NCBI GenBank assembly: GCA_964610095.1
Contig: CAZSUT010000001.1
Location: 626 to 64,625, forward strand
Length of the DNA: 64,000 nucleotides
Direction of reading: 5' to 3'
Source of the DNA: an uncultured Nitrospirales bacterium
Lineage (GTDB): Bacteria; Nitrospirota; Nitrospiria; Nitrospirales; NS-4
The notes below the pieces were generated by a model. That model saw only the letters and a list, made by a program, of their open reading frames with translations, was not told the origin of the DNA and did not search any database. Made by a program: the position numbers and the translations under genes. Shown in pieces: positions 28,994 through 37,786 of this stretch (its first letter is position 1; every line of letters begins with the position of its first letter).

Positions 28994-30532
28994 TCACACA
29001 TCACACGATGAATGGACGAAATGGCTGACGATGGCCTCCGCCAACGCCGGGATGGTGTTCTCCTTGGCTCGGATCCCCACCTTGAGCCCGTACGACTCCG
29101 CGGTCTCCGCTGTAATCGGACCGATGCAGGCCACGACCGCGTTCGCTGTCAAGGCGGACGCTTCCGCCCAGTCGGTGAACAGTTCGACATAGTTGCGAAC
29201 CGAGGACGAACTGGTAAACGTGACCACGCCGATCTCATGACGGCGGAGCCGCTCCTTCAATGCCGCCCCATCCGCCTCCGGACGGACTGTGCGGTAGGCG
29301 ACCGCCACCGTCACGTCGGCTCTTCGGGCCCGCAGTTCCTCCGGCAGGAGGTCACGGGCCATCTCGGCACGCGGAATGAGGACCCGGGCGCCTTTCATGT
29401 CCTCCTTTTTGATCGCCTCTAGCACCCCTTCCGCTTGATACTCTTTGGGAACCAAGTCAGCCTTGAATCCCTGCCCTGCCAAAGCCTCGGCTGTCCGCGG
29501 TCCGATCGCACAGAACCGTGCGCGCCCCAAGGCACGCGCGTCCCGACCGAGGGCGCGCAGCCGGTCGAAGAAAAACCGCACGCCATTGACGCTGGTAAAG
29601 ATCACCCAGTCGTACCGCGTGAGGTCGGCGATCGCCCGATCGAGCGGACCCCAATCGGCGGGCGGGACAATCGCAATCGTCGGCATGGTGAGGACGCGGG
29701 CGCCAGAGCCAGCCAACAGGTCGGCAAATTCTCCAGCCTGTTCGCGAGGGCGCGTGACGAGCACCGTCGTGCCGAACAGCGGCCGGGACTCGAACCAGTT
29801 GAGCTTCTCGCGCAAGCCCACGACCTCGCCTACCACGATGACGGTGGGAGGCTCCAGCCTCGCCTCGTCCGCTTTCCGCACGATGTCTGCCAGGGTCCCG
29901 ATCACGGTGCGCTGCTCGGCTCGCGTGCCCCACCGGATCAAGGCTACCGGGGTGGTCGCTGGACGGCCGGACGCGGTCAGGTGCGAGACGATCGCCGGCA
30001 AATTTTTCATCCCCATCAAGAAGACGACCGTGCCGCTCGTCGAGGCCAAGCGGTCCCATTCGACCGTCGGCGACGGCTTCAGTGGATCCTCGTGGCCGGT
30101 GACCAAGGCAACGCTCGAGGCCAGCGTGCGGTGCGTGACCGGGATGCCGGCATAGGCCGGGGCCGCAACCGCCGAGGTCACGCCCGGCACCACCTCAAAG
30201 GGAATTCCGGCCTCGGCGACCGTCTCGGCCTCCTCCCCGCCACGGCCGAACACGAAGGGGTCGCCCCCTTTCAATCGCACCACGATCTTGCCGGCCCGTG
30301 CGTGGTCGATCATCAGCCGGTTGATCTCCGCTTGATCGCCGTATTCCCCGCGGCCCCGCCGGCCCACGTAGATCAGCTCGGCCTCGGGCCGCACGTGCTC
30401 CAGCAGCGCCGGGTTGGCGAGGTAATCGTAGATGACCACCTCGGCCTGCTCCAGGCATTCCTTCCCGCGAAGGGTCAACAACTTCGGGTCCCCCGGCCCG
30501 GCGCCCACCAGATAGACTTTGCCGGTCTTCAT
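28994..30532 (-). CDS. cobA: Fused uroporphyrinogen-III C-methyltransferase / uroporphyrinogen-III synthase (CobA-HemD)
   Basis: MKTGKVYLVGAGPGDPKLLTLRG in the SUMT N-terminal half; the C-terminal half is HemD-like. ATG at 30532 shares 1 nt with the hemC stop (TGATG). The ORF-track start 30742 runs into hemC. Confidence 0.9.
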   Translation of the reverse strand: MKTGKVYLVGAGPGDPKLLTLRGKECLEQAEVVIYDYLANPALLEHVRPEAELIYVGRRGRGEYGDQAEINRLMIDHARAGKIVVRLKGGDPFVFGRGGEEAETVAEAGIPFEVVPGVTSAVAAPAYAGIPVTHRTLASSVALVTGHEDPLKPSPTVEWDRLASTSGTVVFLMGMKNLPAIVSHLTASGRPATTPVALIRWGTRAEQRTVIGTLADIVRKADEARLEPPTVIVVGEVVGLREKLNWFESRPLFGTTVLVTRPREQAGEFADLLAGSGARVLTMPTIAIVPPADWGPLDRAIADLTRYDWVIFTSVNGVRFFFDRLRALGRDARALGRARFCAIGPRTAEALAGQGFKADLVPKEYQAEGVLEAIKKEDMKGARVLIPRAEMARDLLPEELRARRADVTVAVAYRTVRPEADGAALKERLRRHEIGVVTFTSSSSVRNYVELFTDWAEASALTANAVVACIGPITAETAESYGLKVGIRAKENTIPALAEAIVSHFVHSSCDV

Positions 30533-31470
30533 CAGGCCCTTCCGTAGATCTCCTTGAGGATCTCGTCGCCCCCGTTTGCGAGCAACCGTTCCGCCAGTTC
30601 GACGCCGAGCCGATGCGCGTCGCGCATAGGGCCTTGGAGCGAATCGCGCACCAGGCGACGCCCATTCACCCCGGCAATGAGCGCGTTCAGCGTCAAGGTG
30701 CCGTTCGTGATCGCGGCGTGCGCCGCAATGGGGACCTGACACCCGCCTTCCAATCGCTCCAGGAGGGCCCGCTCGGCTGTCACCGTCATCCGGGTCGGAT
30801 GGTGATCCAGCCGCGTGACCACCGCCCGTACGAATCCGTCATCCGTGCGGCCCTCGAGCGCCAAGGCGCCCTGTCCGATGGCCGGCAGGCAGACGTCCGG
30901 CGAGAGGTATTCGGTCACGCGATCGCTCCAGCCCAACCGCTTGATGCCCGCAGCCGCAAGGATGATCCCGTCATACTCGCCGGCCTCGAGCTTGCGCAGC
31001 CGGGTATCCAGGTTGCCGCGCAAGATCTGGATGGACAGATCGGGGCGGTAATGCAGGAGCTGAGCCTGGCGTCGCAGGCTGCTGGTCCCGATCCGGGATC
31101 CAGGCATGAGCTGCTCAAGGGAAACTTTGTTGAGCGTGATGAGGACATCCCGCGGATCTTCCCGTTCCGGAATCGCCAGGATCTCGAGCCCAGCCGGCAG
31201 ACGCGTCGGGACATCCTTCATGCTGTGCACGGCCAGATCGATCTCGCCGCGCAACAGGGCGTCTTCAATTTCCTTGACGAACAGGCCCTTGCCTCCAATG
31301 GTGGCCAGCGGCGTGTCGAGGATCTTGTCTCCGACCGTCTTGATCCGCTTGAGCGACACCGCGAGCTCAGGCTCCAGCTCACGCAGGCGTGCATGCACCC
31401 ACTCGGCCTGCCAGAGAGCCAGCTTGCTCCTGCGGGTGCCGATCACCAGCTCTCGAACTGCCTGCGCCAT
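30532..31470 (-). CDS. hemC: Hydroxymethylbilane synthase (porphobilinogen deaminase)
   Basis: IGTRRSKLALWQA motif. I prefer ATG at 31470; the alternative is the ORF-track GTG at 31527. Confidence 0.9.
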   Translation of the reverse strand: MAQAVRELVIGTRRSKLALWQAEWVHARLRELEPELAVSLKRIKTVGDKILDTPLATIGGKGLFVKEIEDALLRGEIDLAVHSMKDVPTRLPAGLEILAIPEREDPRDVLITLNKVSLEQLMPGSRIGTSSLRRQAQLLHYRPDLSIQILRGNLDTRLRKLEAGEYDGIILAAAGIKRLGWSDRVTEYLSPDVCLPAIGQGALALEGRTDDGFVRAVVTRLDHHPTRMTVTAERALLERLEGGCQVPIAAHAAITNGTLTLNALIAGVNGRRLVRDSLQGPMRDAHRLGVELAERLLANGGDEILKEIYGRA

Positions 31471-31544
31471 ACCAACGCTAGCTGGACGCGGCACTTTGAT
31501 CACCTGTGCCGCGATATTCAATACCACACGTGATCATAATCATC

Positions 31545-31820
31545 CTACCGACCAGGGAGCTTCTCCGGTCGGTCCTCCTGGACCGCCTGGTGCTGTGACA
31601 ACCCTGCGACCCCGCTCCTGTAATTGGACGTGAGCAGCAAGAGTCCGACCATGGCGACAATCAGGATCATCAGAAAGAGAAGATCGAACCTGAAGCCTTC
31701 CCGGCTCCGATAGTCATACCCACAGTGGGGGCAATCGGGTAACTGTTCGTGCGGTCCTCCCAAGTACGACGCCTTACAGCGTGGGCAGGTAAAGACTCGA
31801 GGACGTGGCGTGTCGCTCAT
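31545..31820 (-). CDS. Small zinc-ribbon protein with one TM helix (hypothetical)
   Basis: 91 aa. CPRC...CPHC followed by LLFLMILIVAMVGLLLL. ATG overlaps the hemA stop (ATGA). GC3-rich codon usage resembles the neighbouring genes. Confidence 0.6.
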   Translation of the reverse strand: MSDTPRPRVFTCPRCKASYLGGPHEQLPDCPHCGYDYRSREGFRFDLLFLMILIVAMVGLLLLTSNYRSGVAGLSQHQAVQEDRPEKLPGR

Positions 31821-33133
31821 CCGTGCTCCTGTTCGCTCGATTGTGCCTTGGCGATGCTCTCCAGCTCCTTTTCGAGATCGAAGAGCCGTTGCGTGGTTTC
31901 CGCAAAGAGGGCACCGTTCGAGGAATCGGCTTCGGCCTTGAGCGCAATGAGCGGGCTGTGCAGGAACTTGTTGGTGATCGCAGTCGCAAGTTCTTGGACC
32001 AATTCGCGCTGCCGGGGGGACAACGGCCCCAGCTTGGCCAGTATCCGGTCGATTTCCTCCCGGAGGATGCTGTCGGCCTTGCGACGCAACGCCACAATGG
32101 TCGGCACGACCTCCAACGACTTCAGCCAGACCACCACCGACGGCACTTCCACCCGCACGATGTCTTCGGCTTTGAGCGCTTCCAGCCGGCGCTGTTCCAG
32201 ATTCGTCACGACCTGACTCTGCAGGTCATCGATGTTGTAGAGGTAGGCGTTGTCAAGCGTACCGACCGCAGGGTCGATGTTGCGGGGATCCGAGATGTCG
32301 ATCAGGAACATGGGGCGGTTCTTGCGGGACCGCAGCGCCCGGTGGACATCGTCGGGCCCGATCACGTAAGTGTCCGCCGCTGTCGCGCAGAGCACGATGT
32401 CGGCGCCCGACATTTCATGATGGACCTGGCTGAAGGGCACGGGCAGCGCGTTGAAACGCTTGGCCATGTCGATCGCACGCTCGTAGTTCCGGTTCGCGAT
32501 CATCACGCGACGCACGCCCGCACCGATGAGATGGCGGGCCGCTAGTTTGCCCATCTCGCCGACCCCAACGAGCAGGACCGTCTTCTCCGACAGATTCTGG
32601 AAGATCTTCTTGGCCAGTTCGACGGCAGCGTAACTGACCGACACGGCGTTTTCGGCAATGTCGGTTTCGGTGCGCACCCGTTTTCCGACGGAGATCGCCT
32701 TCTTCATCACTTTGTTCAGCACCACCCCGGTTGCTTTGTGGGTCAAGGCCGCGTCGTAGGCGTCCTTGACTTGCCCAAGGATCTGCGGCTCCCCCACCAC
32801 CATGGCATCCAGACTGGCCGCGACGCGGAAAAGATGGCGAATGGCTTCTGCCCCTTCGAGACAGTACAGGTGAGGCGCCAATTGCTCGAGACTGACGCCG
32901 GAGGCGAGCGACACCATGTAGTCTCTCAGCGACTCGACACCGTGCGCGGTCTCCTTGACGACGGCGTACAACTCGACCCGATTGCACGTCGAGAGAATGA
33001 CGCCCTCGTCGATGCCGGGCCAGCGTTTGAGACACGCCAGCGCTTCCGGCAGCCGACTTTCGGACACGGCAAACCGCTCCCGGAGTTCGACTGGAGCCGT
33101 TCGATGGTTCAATCCGACCGCGATGATATACAT
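31817..33133 (-). CDS. hemA: Glutamyl-tRNA reductase
   Basis: 438 aa. MYIIAVGLNHRTAPVELRE and STCNRVELY. Confidence 0.95.
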   Translation of the reverse strand: MYIIAVGLNHRTAPVELRERFAVSESRLPEALACLKRWPGIDEGVILSTCNRVELYAVVKETAHGVESLRDYMVSLASGVSLEQLAPHLYCLEGAEAIRHLFRVAASLDAMVVGEPQILGQVKDAYDAALTHKATGVVLNKVMKKAISVGKRVRTETDIAENAVSVSYAAVELAKKIFQNLSEKTVLLVGVGEMGKLAARHLIGAGVRRVMIANRNYERAIDMAKRFNALPVPFSQVHHEMSGADIVLCATAADTYVIGPDDVHRALRSRKNRPMFLIDISDPRNIDPAVGTLDNAYLYNIDDLQSQVVTNLEQRRLEALKAEDIVRVEVPSVVVWLKSLEVVPTIVALRRKADSILREEIDRILAKLGPLSPRQRELVQELATAITNKFLHSPLIALKAEADSSNGALFAETTQRLFDLEKELESIAKAQSSEQEHG

Positions 33134-33136
33134 CGG

Positions 33137-33940
33137 CTACGCGAAGGGATGCTGCCCCTTCAGAATCACGCCCACCAGCGTGAAGACCACGCCAGCAAAC
33201 CCGACAACCGTCAAATACGCCGCTTTCTTAGCCCGCCAGCCGACCGTGACACGCCCGAGCAACACGATCAGGTAGAACAGCCACGTCCCCAGCGCCCCAA
33301 TCTGCTCGGCGTTCCAGTTCAGGAAGGAGCCACGCGCGAACTCCGCAAACAACGCGCCGGTGATGATCCCCAACGTCAGCAGCGGAAACCCGAAGGAGAT
33401 GGCTTTGCCGTTCAGCTCGTCTAGGAAATCAAGCGCCGGGAGCTTGCGGTACAGACCGTCGAGGTGCTTGGACTTGAGCATGTGCTCTTGGATCAGATAC
33501 ATCAGGCCCGCGACGAACGCGACCGCAAAGGCCACAGTGCCCAGCAGGGAAAGCGTCACGTGCATCCACACGTTGCGGAAGATCGGCTCCAGCGCTCGGA
33601 TCTCCTTGGGCAAGGCGGCAGCCGAGATGAGGGAGACGAAGGCCATCGGCAGGATGAAGGAGCCCAGAATGTGCACACGATACCGGAGCTCGACGACCAG
33701 GAAGAACATGACCAGGGCCCAGGAAAAGAACGACAGCGCTTCGTGCATCGAGGTCAAGGGGATATGCCCCCCTTCGATCATCCGGGACACCAGAGCCAGC
33801 GTATGAAAGAAGAAGCCGATCCCGGCCACGACAAATGAGAGCTTCCAGATGCCCTCCCACCTTCCGGCCAACTGGACTAAAAACAGAGTGGTGCCCAGAA
33901 AATAGAAGAGCAGCGTGACCTCGAAAAAGAGAACGTTCAT
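33137..33940 (-). CDS. Cytochrome c assembly (CcsA) family membrane protein, HemX-like
   Basis: 267 aa, 8 TM. Sits directly upstream of hemA, as in hemAX operons. The W-rich WWD motif is degenerate (GSFLNWNAEQ). Confidence 0.7.
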   Translation of the reverse strand: MNVLFFEVTLLFYFLGTTLFLVQLAGRWEGIWKLSFVVAGIGFFFHTLALVSRMIEGGHIPLTSMHEALSFFSWALVMFFLVVELRYRVHILGSFILPMAFVSLISAAALPKEIRALEPIFRNVWMHVTLSLLGTVAFAVAFVAGLMYLIQEHMLKSKHLDGLYRKLPALDFLDELNGKAISFGFPLLTLGIITGALFAEFARGSFLNWNAEQIGALGTWLFYLIVLLGRVTVGWRAKKAAYLTVVGFAGVVFTLVGVILKGQHPFA

Positions 33941-34006
33941 GGCCTCACAAGTCCGCTGAATTTCGAGGGAATTTTCTTCAGCAGAGGACTACGCACCCCG
34001 ATTGGC

Positions 34007-34036
34007 ATTATAGAGACCGCAAGAGAGGGGAGTCAA
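34007..34036 (-). promoter_or_regulatory. Putative sigma70 promoter of the hem operon
   Basis: Minus strand reads TTGACT (34036-34031) - 18 nt - TATAAT (34012-34007), about 65 nt upstream of the HemX-like ATG. Confidence 0.5.
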
Positions 34037-34067
34037 GCAAACCAGGCTGCCGCAACGGCTGAAGCGC

Positions 34068-34853
34068 TCAGCCACCTGCGCCGGCTGTCGCACCTCCGCA
34101 GATGTTCAACGCCTGACCGGTAATGCCGGCGGCTCGCGGAGAAGCGAGGTACACGGCCAGGGCGCCGACTTCGGAGGCTTCGACCATGCGCTGAATCGGG
34201 ATCGCCTTGACCGCCCGGCGCCGAAACTCCTCGGCGCTCACGCCGAGGACAGCCGCGGTCTCGGTGATCCCCTTCCGGGCCATGTCCGTGTCCACCCAGG
34301 TCGGACAGATCGCGTTGACGGTGATCCCGCGTGACGCCACTTCGAGCGCGAGGGCCTTCGTCAAGCCGATGATCCCGTGCTTGGCGGCGCAGTACGCGGC
34401 GTAGCCGGGCACGCCAAACTGCCCGAGGACGGACGAGAGATTGATGATCCGTCCGTGCTCTCCGTCCTTCATAACGCGCAAGGCCTGCTTGGAACACAGG
34501 TAGGCGCCAGTCAAGTTCGTGTGGATGATCGCGAGCCAGCGAGTGTCGTCCGGATCGGTCATGGGGGTCTGGCCCGAGACCCCGGCATTGTTCACCAAGA
34601 TATCGATCCGGCCGTAACGGCTCATCACTGCGTCAACCGCGCTGCACACCGAGGCCGGATCAGTGACATCCAACTGGAGGGGCAAGACTTCATGACCGGC
34701 CGCACGGGCGGCCTCGCTTCCCCCCTTCAAATGAACGGGATTCCGCGACCCGATCGCCACCCGAGCGCCTTCGCGTAGGAAGGCCAAGGCGATTGCTAGG
34801 CCAATCCCCGTCCCCCCTCCGGTGACTAGCGCGACTCGATCCTTCAGGACCAT
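34068..34853 (-). CDS. Short-chain dehydrogenase/reductase (FabG-like)
   Basis: 261 aa. VTGGGTGIG, NNAG and YCAAK (YxxxK). Confidence 0.85.
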   Translation of the reverse strand: MVLKDRVALVTGGGTGIGLAIALAFLREGARVAIGSRNPVHLKGGSEAARAAGHEVLPLQLDVTDPASVCSAVDAVMSRYGRIDILVNNAGVSGQTPMTDPDDTRWLAIIHTNLTGAYLCSKQALRVMKDGEHGRIINLSSVLGQFGVPGYAAYCAAKHGIIGLTKALALEVASRGITVNAICPTWVDTDMARKGITETAAVLGVSAEEFRRRAVKAIPIQRMVEASEVGALAVYLASPRAAGITGQALNICGGATAGAGG

Positions 34854-34942
34854 GCTAAGACTCCCGCACGATCAGGTCGGCATCTTAGCATAACATCGCC
34901 TTGGCTGCGCCACGGCAATTAGGCTAGGATGCGGCCTCAATC

Positions 34943-35677
34943 ATGCCTGGCACCCTTTATATCGTCAGCACCCCGATCGGGAACCTGGAGGACATGACGT
35001 TCCGCGCGGTGCGCGTGCTCAAGGAAGTCGGTGTCATCGCCGCGGAGGATACCCGTCACACCAAACAGCTCTGCACGCATTTCGGCATCCACACATCCCT
35101 GACCAGCTATCATGACTTCAACAAGAAAGAGAAAACCGCTGTGCTGCTCGAGCGCCTGCAATCAGGCACCGATGTCGCCCTCGTCTCCGACGCGGGCACG
35201 CCGGTCGTCTCCGATCCCGGATTCTTCTTGATCACTCGCGCGATCGAGACAGGCATCCGGGTGGTGCCGGTTCCGGGTCCCTCGGCCGTCTTGGCCGCCC
35301 TTGCGGGGTCCGGCCTCCCCAGCGACTCGTTTCGTTTTGAAGGCTTCCTGCCGCGCAAAGAGGGGCCCCGGGCGAAGCGAATGGCGCGTTTCCGCGAGGA
35401 CCCCGCCTCCGTGATCTTGTTCGAGAGCCCTCATCGCATCGACAAGCTGCTGGCCTCGCTCCTTGCAGGCCTGGGCAATCGGCGGGCGGTGCTGGCCCGG
35501 GAACTGACCAAGCACTACGAAGAATTTCACCGCGGGACCCTAGAGGAACTGATCGCTCTGGTCCGAAGCCGTCCCGCGAAAGGCGAAATCACCCTCGTGG
35601 TCGAAGGGGCTGCGAAGAGGAGACGGTCAGAGCCAGGAGAAGACGCCGGCCAGGATCACGAACGCGAAGAAGATTGA
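34943..35677 (+). CDS. rsmI: 16S rRNA (cytidine1402-2'-O)-methyltransferase
   Basis: 244 aa. GTLYIVSTPIGNLEDMTFRAVRVLKEVGVIAAEDTRHT. Confidence 0.9.
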   Translation: MPGTLYIVSTPIGNLEDMTFRAVRVLKEVGVIAAEDTRHTKQLCTHFGIHTSLTSYHDFNKKEKTAVLLERLQSGTDVALVSDAGTPVVSDPGFFLITRAIETGIRVVPVPGPSAVLAALAGSGLPSDSFRFEGFLPRKEGPRAKRMARFREDPASVILFESPHRIDKLLASLLAGLGNRRAVLARELTKHYEEFHRGTLEELIALVRSRPAKGEITLVVEGAAKRRRSEPGEDAGQDHEREED

Positions 35678-35694
35678 AGACTGTGCAGGGCCTG

Positions 35695-35732
35695 AAAAAC
35701 AATCAGGCGGTGGTCGAAAGACCACCGCCTGA
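35695..35732 (-). terminator. Rho-independent terminator (possibly bidirectional)
   Basis: 13-bp perfect stem TCAGGCGGTGGTC / GACCACCGCCTGA with a GAAA loop (35703-35732). On the minus strand it is followed by TTGTTTTT. It lies between convergent genes. Confidence 0.7.
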
Positions 35733-35793
35733 ATCTGGAGAACCCACTGATCCGGTGTGTACGCGCGTCGCCACACCGAACCGCTTGCGCTAA

Positions 35794-36405
35794 TTATTTC
35801 TTCTTCTCGCCCTTCTCGTAATCCGTCCCGTACCCGGAATCCGGTGAATAGCAGTTCCAGCACTGTCCACCGACTCCGCCTAGGACGGAGCTACTCGGGG
35901 CGTTGATGCCGCGATCCGTATCCGGCTGATAGCCAGCTTGGGGCACCAACTGGGTCGGGGTGACGGCCTGACGGATGATGCCCAAATCCAAGATGAAGGC
36001 ATCACCTTCGGGAACGTCTGCTGCGAAGGCACCAGTTCCGAGCTTTCTATAGTTCCGCTCGGCCTGAACCTCAACATCGTTACCCAAGTCGATCGCCTTT
36101 ACGTTCTCTATGTTGGTCTTGGGACCAATCCGCAGCGTGACCAGCGCCCCTCCGCCGGTTTCGACGTAGATCTTCCCGCCGGGGATATCCTTGCCCCAGA
36201 GACGGCCATAGATTGTCTCGGGCTTCGACAGCAGCTCGCGCATGAACGTATTATCAATCCCACCACCCGGACCGCTGCCGATCTTGCCGGTCCCGATCCC
36301 CGAAAAACCCTCCTGCAAGACCGACCGCTCTTGGGCCACCGTCTCCCCTACAACCCACATGATGGAGACAAGGGCAACTGCACTGATTGTTAGGATCCGT
36401 ATCAT
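35794..36405 (-). CDS. Hypothetical secreted protein
   Basis: ATG at 36405 is preceded by GGGAGGTG. Signal peptide MIRILTISAVALVSIMWVVGETVA. No recognisable domain. Confidence 0.6.
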   Translation of the reverse strand: MIRILTISAVALVSIMWVVGETVAQERSVLQEGFSGIGTGKIGSGPGGGIDNTFMRELLSKPETIYGRLWGKDIPGGKIYVETGGGALVTLRIGPKTNIENVKAIDLGNDVEVQAERNYRKLGTGAFAADVPEGDAFILDLGIIRQAVTPTQLVPQAGYQPDTDRGINAPSSSVLGGVGGQCWNCYSPDSGYGTDYEKGEKKK

Positions 36406-36669
36406 AGGCTTCACCTCCCTCTGGGATAAATATAATAAGTTCCGACGACGCCTGAACGCCGCCACTTGCGCCTGAGCAGATACCCCTACTCAATCGAAAG
36501 GTGGGTCGTACTATAGCGCACGCCCCAAAGTTGTGTCAAGGGGTTAAATTGCCGGAAAACAGAAGAATTCTAGCTTAATTAACTTGAGGTATTGAATATC
36601 CGGCACATTTGATCGTTTCACCCGTTGCAACCGGTGAGCAACGGGTCCCCGGGTCCAGCAAGCTCGGAG

Positions 36670-36755
36670 TGGTGCCCGGGGGGAGGGTCGAACTCCCATG
36701 GTGTCGCCACCGGCGGATTTTGAGTCCGCTGCGTCTGCCATTCCGCCACCCGGGC
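36670..36755 (-). tRNA. tRNA-Leu (anticodon CAA), CCA encoded
   Basis: The reverse complement folds as a cloverleaf: acceptor GCCCGGG/CCCGGGC, anticodon stem GCGGA/TCCGC with loop CTCAAAA, a long variable arm, and T-arm GGGAG-TTCGACC-CTCCC, ending ACCA. Confidence 0.9.
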
Positions 36756-36775
36756 GCCGACAGGTCGCCACGCCG

Positions 36776-36804
36776 TTTCTAGCACGAGCCTTCCGAGGCG
36801 TCAA
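36776..36804 (-). promoter_or_regulatory. Putative promoter of tRNA-Leu
   Basis: Minus strand reads TTGACG - 17 nt - TAGAAA, preceded by TGc, about 20 nt upstream of the tRNA 5' end. Confidence 0.4.
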
Positions 36805-36836
36805 GGCAAGCATGTTTTCTTTTCCGTCGAAGGCTG

Positions 36837-36845
36837 TGCTAGAAT
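36837..36845 (+). promoter_or_regulatory. Extended -10 element (TGcTAGAAT) upstream of yggX
   Basis: TGCTAGAAT lies 21 nt upstream of the ATG at 36866. A GGGAGGG SD sits at 36851-36857. Confidence 0.4.
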
Positions 36846-36865
36846 CGCGCGGGAGGGATCCGGGC

Positions 36866-37117
36866 ATGGCACAGGTCCAATGCGTCCGTTGTGGCAATCA
36901 AGGGGAAGCAATCACCGAGCCCTTGTTCTTGGGCAAGCTTGAGACCCAGGTGAAGGCTAATATCTGCGCGCCGTGCTGGGCGGAATGGGTGAAAATGCGT
37001 GTGATGGTCATTAATGAATACCATGTGAACCTCGGCGACGAGAGCGGACGCGCCTTGGTCAGGGAACAGATGCTGAACTTCTTGAAACTGCCCAAACCGG
37101 AGCAACAGCCGCAATAG
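36866..37117 (+). CDS. yggX: Fe(2+)-trafficking / oxidative damage protection protein YggX
   Basis: 83 aa. MAQVQCVRCGNQGEAI...PCWAEWVKMRVMVINEYHVNL...MLNFL resembles YggX. The ORF-track start 36698 would overlap the tRNA. Confidence 0.8.
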   Translation: MAQVQCVRCGNQGEAITEPLFLGKLETQVKANICAPCWAEWVKMRVMVINEYHVNLGDESGRALVREQMLNFLKLPKPEQQPQ

Positions 37118-37217
37118 GCCGACGCTCCCGTCCTCACGTCGTTTCCGCCAGCCTCCATTCATTTGACAAGGGAGACGTGGAAGTGGTAGGTATGGTGACG
37201 CCTTTCGAGGGTGTCGC

Positions 37218-37673
37218 ATGCTGACTCAGATGCATGTCCAGGGGTTGATGTTCGACCCCTATACGAATGCCTACATCGTCATCCTCCGGGATGAGAGCAA
37301 CACCGAGATGCTCCCCATCTGGGTGGGCAAGCCTGAGGCTAGCGCCATCAGTTTTGCCATGGAGGGGATCACCACCCCTCGGCCGATGACCCATGATTTG
37401 ATGAAAGTCATTCTGGAGACAGCCGACGCCAAGGTCATCAGCGTGGTGGTCACTGACCTCAAGGACAACACCTACTACGCCAGGCTCCATCTCCTGTATG
37501 AGGATTCGGAGTACTCGATCGACGCCCGGCCCAGCGACGCGATCGCCCTGGCCTTGCGATCGAAAGCCCCTGTGTTCGTCAACGACAATGTTATCCGCAA
37601 GAACGGTAGCGAGGACATGGACCGCTGGTTGGAGAATCTCAAGCCCGAGGATTTCGGCAAGTACGACGCGTAA
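37218..37673 (+). CDS. Bifunctional nuclease (DUF151/BFN) family protein, paralog 1
   Basis: 151 aa. LPIWVGKPEASAI...PRPMTHDLM...VVVTDLKDNTYYARL...DARPSDAIALALR is the BFN core. Confidence 0.8.
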   Translation: MLTQMHVQGLMFDPYTNAYIVILRDESNTEMLPIWVGKPEASAISFAMEGITTPRPMTHDLMKVILETADAKVISVVVTDLKDNTYYARLHLLYEDSEYSIDARPSDAIALALRSKAPVFVNDNVIRKNGSEDMDRWLENLKPEDFGKYDA

Positions 37674-37786
37674 TCGGTCACTCATCCCAGTCAGTTACGG
37701 TTCCCGGTCTCAACCAGTCGACTCCCGCTGATGACGGATAACATTGGTTCAGCACGGCGGTAACGGTTGAAGGATCGCGCGACTCG

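Noticed and set aside
27585-30547. Long plus-strand ORFs 27585..28676 (363 aa), 29435..30547 (370 aa) and 29445..30155
   Set aside because: They are antisense to hemB, the CBS gene and cobA-hemD. The composition is typical of GC-rich antisense frames, and there are no SD or promoter signals.
36466-36669. A/T-rich tract immediately 3' of tRNA-Leu as a possible genomic-island attachment scar
   Set aside because: There is no integrase, no direct repeat of the tRNA 3' end and no foreign gene block nearby. The tract more likely holds the tRNA terminator hairpin (CCCGTTGC...GCAACGGG at 36621-36645) and the promoter of the neighbouring gene.
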